Below, piece by piece: positions 28,680-38,290 of a DNA stretch of 64,000 nucleotides (the stretch's first letter is position 1; every line of letters begins with the position of its first letter). The stretch is from an uncultured cyanobacterium (lineage in GTDB: Bacteria > Cyanobacteriota > Cyanobacteriia > PCC-9006 > JAAUQQ01), in assembly GCA_963718615.1 (NCBI GenBank), contig OY970368.1:736001-800000 (forward strand). Reading direction: 5' to 3'. A program made the position numbers and the translations under genes. The notes under the pieces were generated by a model that was given only the letters and a program-made list of their open reading frames with translations, searched no databases and was not told the origin of the DNA.

Positions 28680-31600
28680 GATTTTGTCTCCTGGATTTGG
28701 GTGCGATCGCCTGAACAAACCTGTGGGGAATGGTTTGGATAAACTGGTCGGGCTGCTAAAAGCTGAATATTTCCACGGGCATCTCGACTCCAGTCTTGGG
28801 CTTCTAAAATGGGGATTGGCAGAAGAGAGACAGACTCTTGAATCGTGGGAGTGGGCTGTGCTAGCGCTACAGATTCGATCTGTAAATCTGGTCCTAAATC
28901 GGCTTGAAACGGAGCGTCTTGGGCGGAACGTTCGGGGCTACTGGGAATTCCCCAGCGTCCGCGTTGCACAAAGCGACTGCTACGGGTAGGATTTGCCACT
29001 AGCTCACAGCGCCGATCGATCAGTGCTGTTGGGTCAACTAGGCTGCTAGGCAATTCGCTTAATCCTTGGGAGGGATCCGCATCAATAATATCGAGCGCGA
29101 TGTTGCCCTGGGCTCCAAATTCTGAGCTGGCTGTGATATCGCTTAGAAGCGTCAGTTGCGGACGAAACTTTAGGCCAATAATTGACTGCCCGGTGATGTT
29201 GATATTACCTCCGTTTCCTCGCACAGCATTGGCAGTGATGTCGCTGTTCTCACGCGGTATGCCCAGCAGGAAGGGAACAGTCAGGTCGATGTTGCCGCCG
29301 TTGCCACTGCCCCCAGCATTCGTGGCAATTTTGCTTCCGTGCCTCAACAGCAAGGTTTCGTCAACGCTGAAACGAAGGTTGCCGCCTTCGCCGGAGGCCG
29401 TGGAGGCGCTGAGGCGGCTTTGGTCGTAGAGGGCGATCGCCCGTGCATCAATTTCTAAATTGCCACCATCACCGACTCCAGAACTGCTGACGCTGGCTTC
29501 GGCTTGCCGCAGATTGAGCTGCCCTGTTTCGATCTCCAAATTTCCGGCCTTACCTGCGCTAGAGGATCGCGCCACAACCTGAGCCTGATTTTGCAAGGTA
29601 ATGCTTTGGGGCGCAATTAGACGCAAGTTGCCACCGTTGCCCTCTCCTGTCGTGGAGGTGGAAAGTTGCGCATTGTTTTGCAGTGTAAATCTTTGGGTCT
29701 CAACCATAAGGTTACCCGCAAGGCCACTACCGCTGGTTTCAGCAGAAAGGCTGCCTTCGCCACTAATACTGACGGAGTTGGGTGCCGTGATTAACAAGCT
29801 GCCGCCCTTGCCGCTGCTAGAAGTTGAGGCCGAAACACGGGATTGCTCTCGGAGGTTGATGGTGAGGTCATCGCTGGTATTAGACCGCAGCGTGAGCCGC
29901 CCCGCCTGAGCTTCTCCTTGGGTTTCGGAGAGCACTTGGACGGTGCCAAATAGGTTCATTTCGTTGGCGTTGAGGGTGATGTTGGCGCTGGGTTCGAGGG
30001 TATTGGCCGGTGGTGTAGCGGTGGCGGTGGCAGTGGTGGTGAGGCGGGTACCTTGGTCGAGGGTGAAGCGATCGGTGGTGACGGTGACGTTGCCTGCGGA
30101 GCCGGTAGCGCTGGTTTGAGCGTTGAGCACACCGTTACCTGTGATATTGATGGCTGTCGGAGCTGCGAGAATGATATTGCCCCCGTTGCCGGTACTTCGG
30201 GTCTCAGCTGTAATTTGGCTAACGAATTGGCTAGTATCCGGAATACTTGAGAGATTATTCTGAAAATTTATATTGAGAATATCGCTATTGAAGGCAGAAA
30301 GGGTGATGTTACCTGCTTTGCCGCTGCCTGTGGCAGAAGTAGCGATTTGACCGCCATCAAGCAGTGAGATTTGTGGGGTTTCAATAAAGATATTTCCTGC
30401 GTTGCCAGAACTTTGAGATTGAGCAGAAAAACCTGTACTAACTGGCAAACTGTCAGTTAGTTGAACATTCAAGATATATTCGCCAGGGTCATAAGAAACA
30501 ATTCGTAGTGCATAACGTCCTGGTTTCTCAAAAATAAATTCTCCTAGACTGAAGTCAAAGCGGGAACCATTCGAATCATCTTGATCGTTCAGAATCTGAC
30601 CATTTTCGTCAATTAGGTCAACAAATAAAAATCGAGAAGTTGAGTCAAGAGGCGTTTTCCATCTAAGTCGCACGCCAGCTGAGGCCACATTAAAAGCATA
30701 AACATCTTTGTCTCCAAATTCTAGATATTCTGTTCCGGAAATATCACTCTCATCAAGATAGCCTTCAATAGACACGTAAGGTACTTGGTTGGAAAGCTCA
30801 ATTTCAGGATTATCAGCATCGTTTATATCTACACCAAAGGCAGAATCTAAGTCTTGAGCATTCTTAAAATCATCGTTAAATCCTGAACGTTCTTGAATTT
30901 TGGCATTTGCAGATAACTGCTTTGAAGGAAATATCAAAGCAGTTCTACCATCCACCACTAAACCTTCTAATGATTGAACAATGATATTTCCTCCACTCCC
31001 CCGAGAACCAGGGAGAGATGCCGTAGAAACCACACTATTTCCAAATAGATCTAATGTTCCTTCAGAGAGCAAAATAACGTCGCCAGCATCTCCCAATCCA
31101 CCAGTAATAGTGACAATACTGCTATCCAGAATCGTGATATCTTTCTTAGAGAGCAACACTACATTACCGGCAATTTCATCTCCAAAGTTAGTTGTGTCAA
31201 CTAAGGTAAATCCTTTTAGAAGAATTGACTCTCCTTCAAGTTCAATGTTCCCCCCTTTACCATTTGCACCTGGTTCAATAGCTGTCGTTAACCGGGAGTT
31301 GTCAAGACTTACGGTCTTCTCAGAACTCAGATAAATCCCTCCCGAAGAGCCTTCTCCAGCTATGCTTGTAGATGCCGTAAAGTTTTTCAATTCGATAGAT
31401 GGAGACAAGATTTGTATCTCTCCTGAATCTCCATTCATATTGATAACACTAGAACTGAAATCAATATTGCGTAAGGCTAATACTCCATTGTATTGAGAGA
31501 CACTGATCTTGCCAGACTGCGCAGTTTCTCTTATGGTTCCTGAGATGCCTGTCTCTCCAGTAAAATCTTCAAGCGTATAAAAACTCCCAAATCTCTTTTC

Positions 31601-34471
31601 AACATTTACAGATGCAGAGGTTTCATGAAGTCCTTCTACAAAAGACCTGACATTGCCAATTCTTATGCTATCTCCCGATTTTACTGAAATATCTCCACCA
31701 TTAGAAGAGACTTCAATATTATCAGTACTTCCTCCTGTTAGTTCATCAGAAGTTGGATATTGTATCTGACCTAAAAATGAAACGGCACTTGAGCTAATTA
31801 GAGTGCTAGTATATGTAGACAAATTCCCGATATCGACCGAACTGTCCGAGTCAATGATGATATCTCCTGCGGCAGCCGATAATTGAATTTCTCCAATTTT
31901 CCCACCTTTTCCGGACCAGTAAGAGAGTAGGTCTGAAGATGCAGATAAGGTTATATCAGAATTTATATACGAAGATATATCTTCCGTTTTAGTTAGGCTT
32001 GAAGAAAAGATTGAAACATCTCCAGCTCGTTCTGTTGACTCAACACTACCTATCTTTCCTCCTCTTAAAGATCCAATTACACTCAAAACATAAAGATTTT
32101 CTACAGAAGAATCTATATTACCAGTAATCGCTGAAGTGTTTGCGTGGACAGAAATATTTCCGCTTGTTGACGCTAACCTAACAGATCCTATTTCTCCACC
32201 ACGATAACTATTGATAGGCACTCTACTAACGTCGTTTTGTACTTGAATCGAATCATCGAATGAGCCAAAATTTATGCGAGAATCGACACTTACGTATGAT
32301 TTTATTTTATTTGCCAAAAGTTCATTTTGAGATGAAATATCTATGTTTCCGCCTTTGAAAGATAGATCAAGACTATTTATCTCTCCTCCTCTTCCTGCAT
32401 ATGCAAATGAATCTGAAGATGCTGTTGCTAGAAAATCTAAATGAGCCACGTCTACAAATGCAAGGATATCACTTGCAACGAACGAGTTGCCTGCCGAGAT
32501 ATTGATGTCTCCACTATTTCCGACAAATTTTCCTGCATCAACTTTACCACCATTTCCAGTGAGAAAAGATGAATCTTTAGATGCGAACGTGGATGCATAT
32601 AAATCTATAAATGTGTTTATCCTGATAGAAGAATCTATTTTTTGGGACTCGAAAGATTGATTAGAATAGACTGTTATGTCTCCTCCAAAAACCGTCTGAT
32701 CAATAGCCAAAATTGTTCCTCCATTGACCACATCAAATACAGGATTATCGTTGGCATATTTCTGAGCAGATGCATCTATATTTACGAGTGAATTAGAAGA
32801 GGATTGAATATTCTTGGCTGTTAGTGAAATCAGAGAATCTAGAGAAATATCTCCACCGGCCGTTATTGTTTTTATCTCTCCGATTTGCGCTGAGTTTCCT
32901 GACTCTACTGAGGCGTTTACTTTTGTGTAGCTATAAGCAGAGGCGTATATTTCTCCTATTCTAGCCGATGCAGAAGAGGATAGACCAATATTACCTGCAA
33001 CAGATGAGTTTGATACCGCCTCAATATTGCCCTGGCTGATAGCAGTACCATTGATTGTGTAGAATTGAGAACTGCCTTCTGAGATTGACGCTGAATAAGT
33101 ATATATGTCCTTGAGTAGGACTTCGCCATCTGCCTGTATTACTATATTCCCTCCATGAGATAGAGTCAGGGGTCGAGTAATATCATTCACGTTAAGAGTT
33201 TCACCATAGGAAACAGACTGAGCAGATGTATTTAGGTTTTGACCTAAGATATTAGAGCCAGACTTCAAGAAAATACTACCTCCCTTTGCTTCTGCAATAT
33301 CCCCAGAAGGTAGAAAGATGATATTCGGATTGAGAGCGTATTCAAGTTCAGACAAGTCTCCAATCCAGTTGCCGACCCTTGCAGCGGTTATCAAATCTCC
33401 GTTCAATTCAATTTCCCATTGAGAATCAATCCAAACATCTCCCCCATTTGCAAACTGGCCCATCTCGAAAATCTGCCTTGTATCAATCATTTCAGCCTGT
33501 ATATCTCCTTCTTGCAATGTAAGATTTGGCTGATACTGATTGGTCAACAAAACTGTTCCGCCTTCATTCCGAATGTCCCCAATTTCAATTCCCGACCCTA
33601 CCGTCCCATCACCACTACTTAGCGCCAATATCCCCGATCGCACATCCACCGTCGGCTCCGCAGCCCCATCAATCTCTACCACCGTCGCCCCATCCGACAA
33701 CAGCACTGACTCCCGCAGCACATTCCCTGCCAGTCCCTGCCCCATCACCGTAACATCTCCCACTGTCACCGAGCCCCCTGACAAAATATGCAACGAGCCT
33801 CCGGTGTAATCTCCTAGTGTGATACTTCCAGGCGATCGCAACAAAACCCCACCCCTCGCCGCTAGTGCTCCCTGCAACTCAATCGCACTCCCATTCAGTA
33901 GCAGCCCCCCCTCTGAGCTCAAAGCTCCTTCAGCGACAATGGGCGATCGCCCCACCTGCAAACCCGGCTGAACCTTCAGCGTCAGCAACGGTGCAGCACC
34001 CAAATTGAGCACCTCAAAGATGCCATCGGCACCAAAATCAAAGGCATCTGCTGTGCTAGCAATAAACGAACCCGCCAAATCCAGCCTGGCTCCTGGCCCG
34101 AACAAAATACCATTGGGATTGAGCAGGAATAGATCTGCTGACCCCGACACCCCCAGCGTCCCATCAATCCGGGACGCTGCATTCCCTGTTACCCGACTAA
34201 AGATCTGCTCAATGCCAGCCGGATTCTCAAAATAAACCGCTCGACCCGCCCCCACCCCAAATGACGTAAAACTGTGAAAGAGATTTGGTCCTCTTGACTG
34301 CCCTCCCTCGATCACATCAAGCACAAGATCATTATTGACCACCTGACGCACACGAGACGATTCCACACCCAAACTATCATCTGGCAATACCTCTTGGGCA
34401 ATCCCCGGCAACACACTTAAGGTAATACCCCCAAGCGTCAGCAGAACTGTCAACCTTGTATCCCGCATCAC
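28676..34471 (-). CDS. Filamentous-haemagglutinin (TpsA) family exoprotein
   Basis: Signal peptide; NLFHSF..F, RVTG..S.IDG.L and LFLLNPNGILFG TPS domain; beta-helix GxGGNI repeats; NSDITANA..G.GGNI and SDITASSEFG C-terminus. Confidence 0.93.
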   Translation of the reverse strand: MMRDTRLTVLLTLGGITLSVLPGIAQEVLPDDSLGVESSRVRQVVNNDLVLDVIEGGQSRGPNLFHSFTSFGVGAGRAVYFENPAGIEQIFSRVTGNAASRIDGTLGVSGSADLFLLNPNGILFGPGARLDLAGSFIASTADAFDFGADGIFEVLNLGAAPLLTLKVQPGLQVGRSPIVAEGALSSEGGLLLNGSAIELQGALAARGGVLLRSPGSITLGDYTGGSLHILSGGSVTVGDVTVMGQGLAGNVLRESVLLSDGATVVEIDGAAEPTVDVRSGILALSSGDGTVGSGIEIGDIRNEGGTVLLTNQYQPNLTLQEGDIQAEMIDTRQIFEMGQFANGGDVWIDSQWEIELNGDLITAARVGNWIGDLSELEYALNPNIIFLPSGDIAEAKGGSIFLKSGSNILGQNLNTSAQSVSYGETLNVNDITRPLTLSHGGNIVIQADGEVLLKDIYTYSASISEGSSQFYTINGTAISQGNIEAVSNSSVAGNIGLSSSASARIGEIYASAYSYTKVNASVESGNSAQIGEIKTITAGGDISLDSLISLTAKNIQSSSNSLVNIDASAQKYANDNPVFDVVNGGTILAIDQTVFGGDITVYSNQSFESQKIDSSIRINTFIDLYASTFASKDSSFLTGNGGKVDAGKFVGNSGDINISAGNSFVASDILAFVDVAHLDFLATASSDSFAYAGRGGEINSLDLSFKGGNIDISSQNELLANKIKSYVSVDSRINFGSFDDSIQVQNDVSRVPINSYRGGEIGSVRLASTSGNISVHANTSAITGNIDSSVENLYVLSVIGSLRGGKIGSVESTERAGDVSIFSSSLTKTEDISSYINSDITLSASSDLLSYWSGKGGKIGEIQLSAAAGDIIIDSDSSVDIGNLSTYTSTLISSSAVSFLGQIQYPTSDELTGGSTDNIEVSSNGGDISVKSGDSIRIGNVRSFVEGLHETSASVNVEKRFGSFYTLEDFTGETGISGTIRETAQSGKISVSQYNGVLALRNIDFSSSVINMNGDSGEIQILSPSIELKNFTASTSIAGEGSSGGIYLSSEKTVSLDNSRLTTAIEPGANGKGGNIELEGESILLKGFTLVDTTNFGDEIAGNVVLLSKKDITILDSSIVTITGGLGDAGDVILLSEGTLDLFGNSVVSTASLPGSRGSGGNIIVQSLEGLVVDGRTALIFPSKQLSANAKIQERSGFNDDFKNAQDLDSAFGVDINDADNPEIELSNQVPYVSIEGYLDESDISGTEYLEFGDKDVYAFNVASAGVRLRWKTPLDSTSRFLFVDLIDENGQILNDQDDSNGSRFDFSLGEFIFEKPGRYALRIVSYDPGEYILNVQLTDSLPVSTGFSAQSQSSGNAGNIFIETPQISLLDGGQIATSATGSGKAGNITLSAFNSDILNINFQNNLSSIPDTSQFVSQITAETRSTGNGGNIILAAPTAINITGNGVLNAQTSATGSAGNVTVTTDRFTLDQGTRLTTTATATATPPANTLEPSANITLNANEMNLFGTVQVLSETQGEAQAGRLTLRSNTSDDLTINLREQSRVSASTSSSGKGGSLLITAPNSVSISGEGSLSAETSGSGLAGNLMVETQRFTLQNNAQLSTSTTGEGNGGNLRLIAPQSITLQNQAQVVARSSSAGKAGNLEIETGQLNLRQAEASVSSSGVGDGGNLEIDARAIALYDQSRLSASTASGEGGNLRFSVDETLLLRHGSKIATNAGGSGNGGNIDLTVPFLLGIPRENSDITANAVRGNGGNINITGQSIIGLKFRPQLTLLSDITASSEFGAQGNIALDIIDADPSQGLSELPSSLVDPTALIDRRCELVANPTRSSRFVQRGRWGIPSSPERSAQDAPFQADLGPDLQIESVALAQPTPTIQESVSLLPIPILEAQDWSRDARGNIQLLAARPVYPNHSPQVCSGDRTQIQETKS

Positions 34472-34654
34472 TGTGCCTCTGCTCTACTCAATTATTTTAT
34501 ACTCAGTGGATCGCGAATACTTCGAAAATCTCTATCAACACAGTATCTAAAATAACCAAATGATTTGCTCCGACCTTCTAGAAGCAAGGCAGAATGCCTT
34601 ACATTACTCAATTTCACAATAGGCCTTACGTTTTCTAGTCTACTTGGTGAGCTA

Positions 34655-34839
34655 CGAGCAAGCTGGATCACCGCTCCGACCTTTCCTGGGGTGTAGCTCA
34701 TCTCTTGACGAATCTCATCCAGGAAAAACACGGACAAATTGCCTCCATGGGTCCTGATCCAGTGGTCTTTGTCAGAACCAGGCAGGGCCGACAGCCAGAT
34801 CACTTTGGGCTGGGTTTCGTCGCGCTGGCGATCGCCCAT
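34655..34839 (-). pseudogene. AAA_33 / kinase-like P-loop gene fragment
   Basis: DETQPKVIWLSALPGSDKDHWI...LDEIRQEM..GAVIQLAR, a decayed GLPGSGKD Walker A. Confidence 0.6.
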
Positions 34840-34911
34840 ATCGTGATTCCGGGATGTCCAAGTTAAAATAATGGGAGAGCAATGTTCTGATCGGTTGAGG
34901 TTATGGTCTAC

Positions 34912-36318
34912 CAAAACTCTCCACAGTATTCCGTCTACACCCGAAGGGTTAGGGGGTGGTGAAGCGAAGCGCGAGTGATAAGGAGGAAGAATGCAAAGCG
35001 TAAAGACTGAATGTAGCCCACTTTGAAGGATTTTGAACTGATAAAATAAACTCATGCTAACCCTGACCTATGAGTACAAACTGAAGCCAACTGCTCAGCA
35101 AATTGAAGAGCTAGAAAATAGCTTGGATGTTTGCCGAAAGGTTTGGAATTATGCCCTCAAAGAGCGCAAGGACTGGATTGCTTCAAGGAAGTGTCCTATC
35201 AATGCCTGTTCTCTTCAGAGTGAATACATCATGGTGGCAGATGCTCCTTATCCTGGTTTTGCTCAGCAATGCAAATCCTTGACTCAGGCCAAGAAAACAA
35301 ATCCTGACCTCAAATCCGTCAATGCTCAATCCCTTCAGCAGGTGCTGAAGACTTTAGAGAAGGCATTCAAGGATAGAACAGATCGTGGGTTTGGCTTTCC
35401 TCGGTTTAAGAAACCTGGCCAGATGAAGTCCTTTCTATTTCCCCAACTGGGAAAGGCTCCGCTAGGGGAGGGATGGGTGAAGCTTCCCAGTATCGGGAAA
35501 ATTGCTATCCGGCAGTCGAGACCCTATCCCGAAGGCTTCCAGGTGAAGCAGGCCAGGATAGTGAAGCGGGCGTCAGGGTTTTATGTGATGCTCTGTTTTC
35601 AAGCAGAGTTGTCCATTCCCGATGTGCCATTGGTAGGTCAGTGTGTGGGTGTCGATGTGGGGTTGGAATATTTCCTGTCAGCTTCGGATGGGCTGCAAGT
35701 TCATCGTCCTCGGTTTTTCGTTGACCTGCAAAGCGAGCTGAAATTGCTGCAACGCAGACTCAAGAAAAAGGTGCTGGGGTCGAAGAACTGGAAAAAGCTT
35801 CAACTCAAGAGCGCAAAGCTGCATGAACGAATCAGCAACACTCGCAAGGATTTCCACTTCAAGATTGCTCATCTGCTCTGTGAGCGGGGCGATGTGATTG
35901 TGGTGGAAAATCTGAATCTCGTGGGCTTGTCTCGTGGCATGTTGGGCAAACACATGCTCGATGCTGGATTGGGACAGTTCCTGAATCAGATTTTGCCTTG
36001 GGTGTGCTTCAAGCGAGGGAAAGGGTATCTCAAAGTGGATGCCCGTGGAACTTCTCAGCAATGCCCTGATTGTGGTCATGCCGTGAAAAAGGTACTGGCA
36101 GACCGTTGGCACAATTGTCCCCATTGCGGGTCATTAATGCCTCGGGACATTGCCAGTGCGATTGTGATTAAGCAAAGGGCCGTGGGGCGCACGGTTCAAG
36201 AAAAGGCTTGTGGAGACGGTCTAGCGGGGGTGGCGGCATGAAGGTGCTGTCATCTAGCCAAGAGTCTGTGAAACAAGAATCTCCTTCTGTACCTGAAAGG
36301 TCAGAGGGAGAGCGTCAA
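34912..36318 (+). mobile_element. IS200/IS605-family tnpB-only (IS1341-like) element
   Basis: Left end follows GTCTAC and has an ACCC-GAA-GGGT hairpin; right end has an ACCT-GAA-AGGT hairpin and ends GCGTCAA; removing it restores an Rpn reading frame; no tnpA. Confidence 0.85.
35054..36241 (+). CDS. tnpB: RNA-guided endonuclease TnpB
   Basis: HTH N-terminus, GFPRFKK, RuvC VGVDVG / VVENL / RDIASA, CPDC..CPHC zinc finger. Confidence 0.95.
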   Translation: MLTLTYEYKLKPTAQQIEELENSLDVCRKVWNYALKERKDWIASRKCPINACSLQSEYIMVADAPYPGFAQQCKSLTQAKKTNPDLKSVNAQSLQQVLKTLEKAFKDRTDRGFGFPRFKKPGQMKSFLFPQLGKAPLGEGWVKLPSIGKIAIRQSRPYPEGFQVKQARIVKRASGFYVMLCFQAELSIPDVPLVGQCVGVDVGLEYFLSASDGLQVHRPRFFVDLQSELKLLQRRLKKKVLGSKNWKKLQLKSAKLHERISNTRKDFHFKIAHLLCERGDVIVVENLNLVGLSRGMLGKHMLDAGLGQFLNQILPWVCFKRGKGYLKVDARGTSQQCPDCGHAVKKVLADRWHNCPHCGSLMPRDIASAIVIKQRAVGRTVQEKACGDGLAGVAA

Positions 36319-36993
36319 TCACTCCAAGATAAGTACATCAACCTGCTGACGGACTTTGGCTTTAAGCGTGTTTTTGGCATGGAACCCAACAAGCAGCTTT
36401 TAATGGATTTTTTAAACACACTGCTTCCTCCAGAACGCCAAATCGAAGACCTCACGTTCAAAAACAATGAGAACATTGGCAATACACCCATCGATCGCAA
36501 AGCAATCTTCGACATCTATTGCCAGGGGTGGATGTACGTGTTGAGACACTTGGCAGAATTGAGCGATCGCCCCCCTGCCCTTCAGGAAGAGATTTTTAAC
36601 GAACTATTTCGAGTTGCAGAAATAGCTAACTTCTCTCCGGTAGAACAGGATAGCTATCAAGATAGTTTGAAATACTATCGCGATCTCAATAATGTTGTGG
36701 ATACCTCTCGACAGGAGGGATTTGAGCAGGGGATCGAGCAAGGGATCGAGCAAGGGATTGAGCAAGGGATTGAGCAAGGGATTGAGCAAGAGCGATCGCG
36801 ATTGTTAGAACGTCAGCGAGCGCTTGTTCTGCGACTATTGCAGCGATCGCTAGGGACTTCACTCCATGCGGCCCAGGAAAGCATTCAGCAGCTTTCTTTA
36901 GAACAGTTAGAGGTTTTGTATGAAGCGCTGCTTGATTTCTCGACGTTGGATGATTTGATGCTTTGGCTAGAACAACACGAATCAGTAAACTAA
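36238..36993 (+). pseudogene. Rpn-family (PD-(D/E)XK) gene with DUF4351-like tail; IS-interrupted and internally deleted
   Basis: YINLLTDFGFKRVFG...KAIFDIYC joined directly to WMYVLRHL; EQGI repeats; LS.EQLE.L.EALLDF....DL..WL tail. Confidence 0.8.
36724..36789 (+). repeat. 12-bp coding tandem repeat (EQGI x5.5)
   Basis: GAGCARGGGATY units. Confidence 0.9.
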
Positions 36994-37035
36994 ACCAAAA
37001 TTCCAGGATACAGCCTTCCTCACCCCAAACGCTTG

Positions 37036-37743
37036 ATGCAATTCCTCACCCTCGAACAGACCCAAGCCCCCCTCACCCCAGCTCCTAGCCTCCTTGCCAT
37101 GACCCCTGAGGAGTATCAGCAACAGGGCCAGGGATTAGAAATTATCTATGGTGTGCATGAGAGCCGTTTTGGTCCGTTGTTAATGGGCCAGGGCGATCGC
37201 GGCCTTTGCACCCTCCAGTTTTTAGATTCAACCGATTCAGATGTCCAGGCAACTGCAAAAGCCTTGCTCAAGAAACAATGGCCCCAGGCTTCCTTTCGAG
37301 CCGATGACCAAGGCGCAGCCATGGTCCAAAATCTCTTTAAGCCCCAAGCGCCTCGCGATCCCCTCACGCTTTGGGTCAAGGGCACCGACTTTCAAATCCA
37401 AGTCTGGCGTGCGCTGCTCAAAATTCCCCTCGGTCAACGGGCGACCTACCGCGAACTCGCCTGCGCCATCGGCAAACCCACCGCCGCCCGCGCCGTCGGC
37501 AATGCCATTGGCAAAAACCCCATCGCTTATTTGATTCCTTGTCATCGGGTGATTCGAGAATCCGGGGCGTTGGGGGGCTATCGTTGGGGGGGCGATCGCA
37601 AAGCAGCCCTCCTAGACTGGGAATCTGCCTATGGGGAGTCCAGCAAAAACGCCACACCCCAGTTATCAGAGGAGGCAGAGGTGCGAGAAGCCCCAACGAC
37701 CCTTTCAGGCGAAGACGTTCTACCGGATTTGCGCTGGAGCTGA
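37036..37743 (+). CDS. ogt: Methylated-DNA--protein-cysteine methyltransferase
   Basis: GTDFQIQVW..L..IP.G...TY, ARAVGNAIG.NP and IPCHRV active site. Confidence 0.9.
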   Translation: MQFLTLEQTQAPLTPAPSLLAMTPEEYQQQGQGLEIIYGVHESRFGPLLMGQGDRGLCTLQFLDSTDSDVQATAKALLKKQWPQASFRADDQGAAMVQNLFKPQAPRDPLTLWVKGTDFQIQVWRALLKIPLGQRATYRELACAIGKPTAARAVGNAIGKNPIAYLIPCHRVIRESGALGGYRWGGDRKAALLDWESAYGESSKNATPQLSEEAEVREAPTTLSGEDVLPDLRWS

Positions 37744-37763
37744 CAGCGCTTGGGTAGGCAGGC

Positions 37764-38285
37764 TCAATCCATTGCCACCCCGAGAAACCGATGGGCGAGG
37801 CAAAAGACCTTGCCAAGATCTGCCTCGCGCCCTTCTAAAAAATGCTCCAATAAGGGATTGTGGGTCTGCTGACTCAAGGTACTTTGTCCCATCCGCAACA
37901 GTTGTATGACCCAGGGTAAGACCTTAGGGACAAAGGCCTGTATCGTTTTAGCAGAATACCCTGTTTGTCGAATCACGGATTTAATCAGCTCGCACTGCGG
38001 TTCATAGCCTTGATCAATGGCTTGATCAACGGTTTGATCAAACGGTTGATCAAACTGTGCCAGCATATCCTCCATCGCCGATGGTCGTCGCTGCGCACCC
38101 AGTCGTCGCAAACTCATCCGCAACGGAGAGCTCAGTGCCGTTAACACCACCTCCGTTTGCACGAGGTTCAAGCGATGACGATTGCCCAACTGCCGAATCT
38201 GCATCACACAATCATTGAGCTGCTGCACCGTTCCCTGGCAATGGGTATTGTTAATACAACTTAGGACTTCAAAAAATAACGTCAT
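37764..38285 (-). CDS. Cyanobacterial hypothetical protein (DUF937-like)
   Basis: LFFEVLS.INN...LL.MG...NPLL..FL...DLG.V...A.RFL pattern. Confidence 0.6.
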   Translation of the reverse strand: MTLFFEVLSCINNTHCQGTVQQLNDCVMQIRQLGNRHRLNLVQTEVVLTALSSPLRMSLRRLGAQRRPSAMEDMLAQFDQPFDQTVDQAIDQGYEPQCELIKSVIRQTGYSAKTIQAFVPKVLPWVIQLLRMGQSTLSQQTHNPLLEHFLEGREADLGKVFCLAHRFLGVAMD

Positions 38286-38290
38286 CCAGG

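Noticed and set aside
34492-35055. 187-aa minus-strand ORF as a real gene
   Set aside because: It is a chance read-through across the IS left end, the Rpn start and a decayed P-loop fragment
36724-36789. Possible CRISPR-like repeat array
   Set aside because: Contiguous 12-bp coding repeats (EQGI) with no spacers; typical of Rpn linkers. No CRISPR array or cas gene was seen anywhere in the window
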